Source: Squalus acanthias | Taxonomy: Eukaryota | Length of the DNA stretch: 64,000 nucleotides | NCBI GenBank assembly: GCA_030390025.1 | Contig: CM059432.1 | Location: forward strand, 106,766,001-106,830,000 | Direction: 5' to 3' | In this document: piece by piece, positions 61,800-64,000 of the stretch | How the letters are laid out: each line of letters starts with the position of its first letter | Numbering within the stretch: the first letter of the stretch is position 1 | Notes under the pieces: model-generated | Seen by the model: only the letters and a program-made list of their open reading frames with translations | Told to the model about the DNA's origin: nothing | The model's database searches: none | Translations under genes and position numbers: made by a program

Positions 61800-64000
61800 A
61801 TCAAAGAAATAATAATGGATTAGGAAAAAAAGGGAGGCTTTTGGCAGATACGAAGGACTAAAAACAGTGGAAGCCCTAGAGGAGTATAGAAAGTGCAGGG
61901 GGGTACTTAAAAAAGAAATTAGGAGAGCGAAGAATGGGCATGAAAAAACACTGGCGGGCAAAATAACGGAAAATCCCAAGGTGTTTTATAAGTATATTCA
62001 GGGCAAGAGGATAACCAGGGAAAGAGTAGGGCACATTAGGGACCAAAGTAGTAATCTGTGTGTAGAGCTGGAAGATGTAGGTGAGGTTTTAAATGAATAT
62101 TTTGCATCTGTGTTCACTATGGAGAAGGACGATGTAGGCATAGAAATAAGGCAGGGGGATTGTGATATACTTGAACAAATTAGCATTGAGAGGGAGGAGG
62201 TACTAGCTGTTTTAGCGGTCTTAAAAGTGGATAAATCCCCAGGCCCAGACGAGATGTATCCCAGGCTGCTGTGTGTGAGGCAAGGGAGGAAATTGCAGGG
62301 GCTCTGACACAAATTTTCAAAACCTCTCTGGCCACAGGGGAGGTGCCAGAGGACTGGAGGACAGCTAATGTAGTACCATTATTCAGGAAGGGTAGTAGGG
62401 ATAAACCAGGGAATTACAGGCCAGTGAGCCTAACATCAGTGGTAGGGAAATTATTGGAAAAAATTCTGAGGGACAGAATTAGTCTCCACTTGGAGGGGCA
62501 AGGATTAATCAAGGATAGTCAGCATAGCTTTGTCAGGAGGGGATCATGTCTAACCAATTTGATTGAATTTTTCGAGGGGGTGACTAGGTGTGTGGATGAG
62601 GGTAGTGCAGTTGATGTAGTCTACATGGACTTCAGTAAGGCTTTTGACAAAGTCCCACATGGGAGACTGGTCAAGAAGGTTCTTGGGATCCAGGGCAATT
62701 TGGCACATTGGATCCAAAATTGGCTTAGTGGCAGGAGGCAGAGGGTGATGGTCGAAGGTTGTTTTTGTGACTAGAAGCCTGTGTCCAGTGGTGTACCGCA
62801 GGGATCAGTGCTGAGTCCCTTGCTGTTTGTAGTGGGTGAGTGGGCAGAGATTTGGCAGATGCAATACAATATTGGAAAATGTGAGGTTATGCACTTTGGC
62901 AGGAAAAATCAGAGAGCAAGTTATTATCTTAATGGCGAGAAACTGGAAAGTACTGCAGTACAAAGGGATCTGGGGGTCTTGGTGCAAGAAAATCAAAAAG
63001 TTAGTATGCAGGTGCAACAGGTGATCAAGAAAGCCAATGGAATGTTGGCTTTTATTGCTAGGGGGATAGAATATAAAAACAGGGAGGTATTGCTGCAGTT
63101 GTATAGGGTATTGGTGAGACCGCACCTGGAGTACTGCATACAGTTTTGGTGTCCATACTTAAGAAAAGACATACTTGCTCTCGAGGCAGTACAAAGAAGG
63201 TTCACTCGGTTAATTCCGGGGATGAGGGGGTGGACATACGAGGAGAGGTTGAGTAGATTGGGACTCTACTCATTGGAGTTCAGAAGAATGAGAGGCGATC
63301 TTATTGAAACATATAAGATTGTGAAGGGGCTTGATCGGGTGGACGCAGTGAGGATGTTCCCAATGATGGGTGAAACTAGAACTAGGGGACATAATCTTAG
63401 AATAAGGGGCTCCTCTTTCAAAACTGAGATGAGGAGAAACTTTTTCACTCAGAGGGTAGTGGGTCTGTGGAATTTGCTACCCCAGGAAGCTGTGGAAGCT
63501 ACTTCATTAAATAAATTTAAAACAGAAATAGACCGTTTCCTAGAAGTAAAGGGAATCAGGGGTTACGGGGAGCGGGCTGGAAATTGGACATGAGTTTGAG
63601 TTCGGATCGGTCAAGGCCCTGTGGGTGGCGGAGCGGGCCCAGGGGCCGAGTGGCCTGGTCTTGCTCCTGCTTCTTGTGTTCTTTAGAGTTGAGGTTGGAT
63701 CAGATCAGCCATGATCTCATTGAATGGCGGAGCAGGCTCGAGGGGCCGATTGGTCTACTCCTGCTCCTATTTCTTATGTTCTTATGTTCTTAATGATTTA
63801 GATATGAATGTAGGAGGTATGATCAGTAAGTTTGCAGATGACACAAAAATTGGTGGGGTGGTAAATAGCGAGGAGGGAAGCCTCAGGCTACAGGATGATA
63901 TAGACGGGTTGGTCAGATGGGCAGAACAGTGGCAAATGGAATTTAACCCTGAAAAGTGTGAGGTGATGCATTTTGGGAGGACTAACAAGGCAAGGGAATA
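61800..64000 (+). mobile_element. CR1 (family C) ORF2 fragment, split by a family B insertion and running off the window
   Basis: ORFs 61867 and 62271 carry RT motifs. PLLFVV (62833) resumes as NDLDMNVGGMISKFADDTK at ~63792. Confidence 0.9.
62834..63790 (+). mobile_element. Young CR1 family B, second copy, with doubled 3' tail
   Basis: Near-identical to 5931-6882 (3 amino-acid differences in 252). (TTCTTATG)n tail. Confidence 0.93.

Noticed and set aside
54688..64000. Further RECK exon in the last 9 kb
   Set aside because: No segment translating to the expected next RECK sequence was found. The region is mostly LINE/SINE, so the next exon is presumably beyond the window.

Overview
Eukaryotic (vertebrate) genomic DNA, most likely from a cartilaginous fish (inferred from a repeat landscape of SacSINE1-like Deu-SINEs and abundant CR1 LINEs). 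The only host gene I can support is RECK on the + strand. Seven internal coding exons (505-590, 3869-3913, 19766-19799, 20597-20794, 36819-37086, 45446-45625, 54478-54687; 1021 nt in total, about exons 5-11 by analogy to human) have canonical AG/GT borders and splice in phase into the cysteine-knot (CC) repeat region. Both ends of the gene lie outside the window. The rest is intron, densely filled with often nested transposable elements: at least 9 CR1 copies of several ages, L2 elements, a second CR1/L2-group LINE family with a partner SINE, Deu-SINEs, a complete but dead PIF/Harbinger (DDE nuclease plus a spliced Myb/SANT gene), a complete Tigger/pogo with two frameshifts, several MITEs, and DIRS and Penelope relics. 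I found no convincing wholly new system. The best leads are a young CR1 family with a tandemly doubled 3' tail that twice landed in frame inside older CR1s, an atypical 21-bp target duplication, an ~86-bp-arm intronic hairpin, a MITE-borne consensus splice donor next to a weak RECK donor, and inverted repeat pairs bracketing RECK exons. TE family names come from motif recognition, not database searches, and boundaries of decayed elements are approximate.
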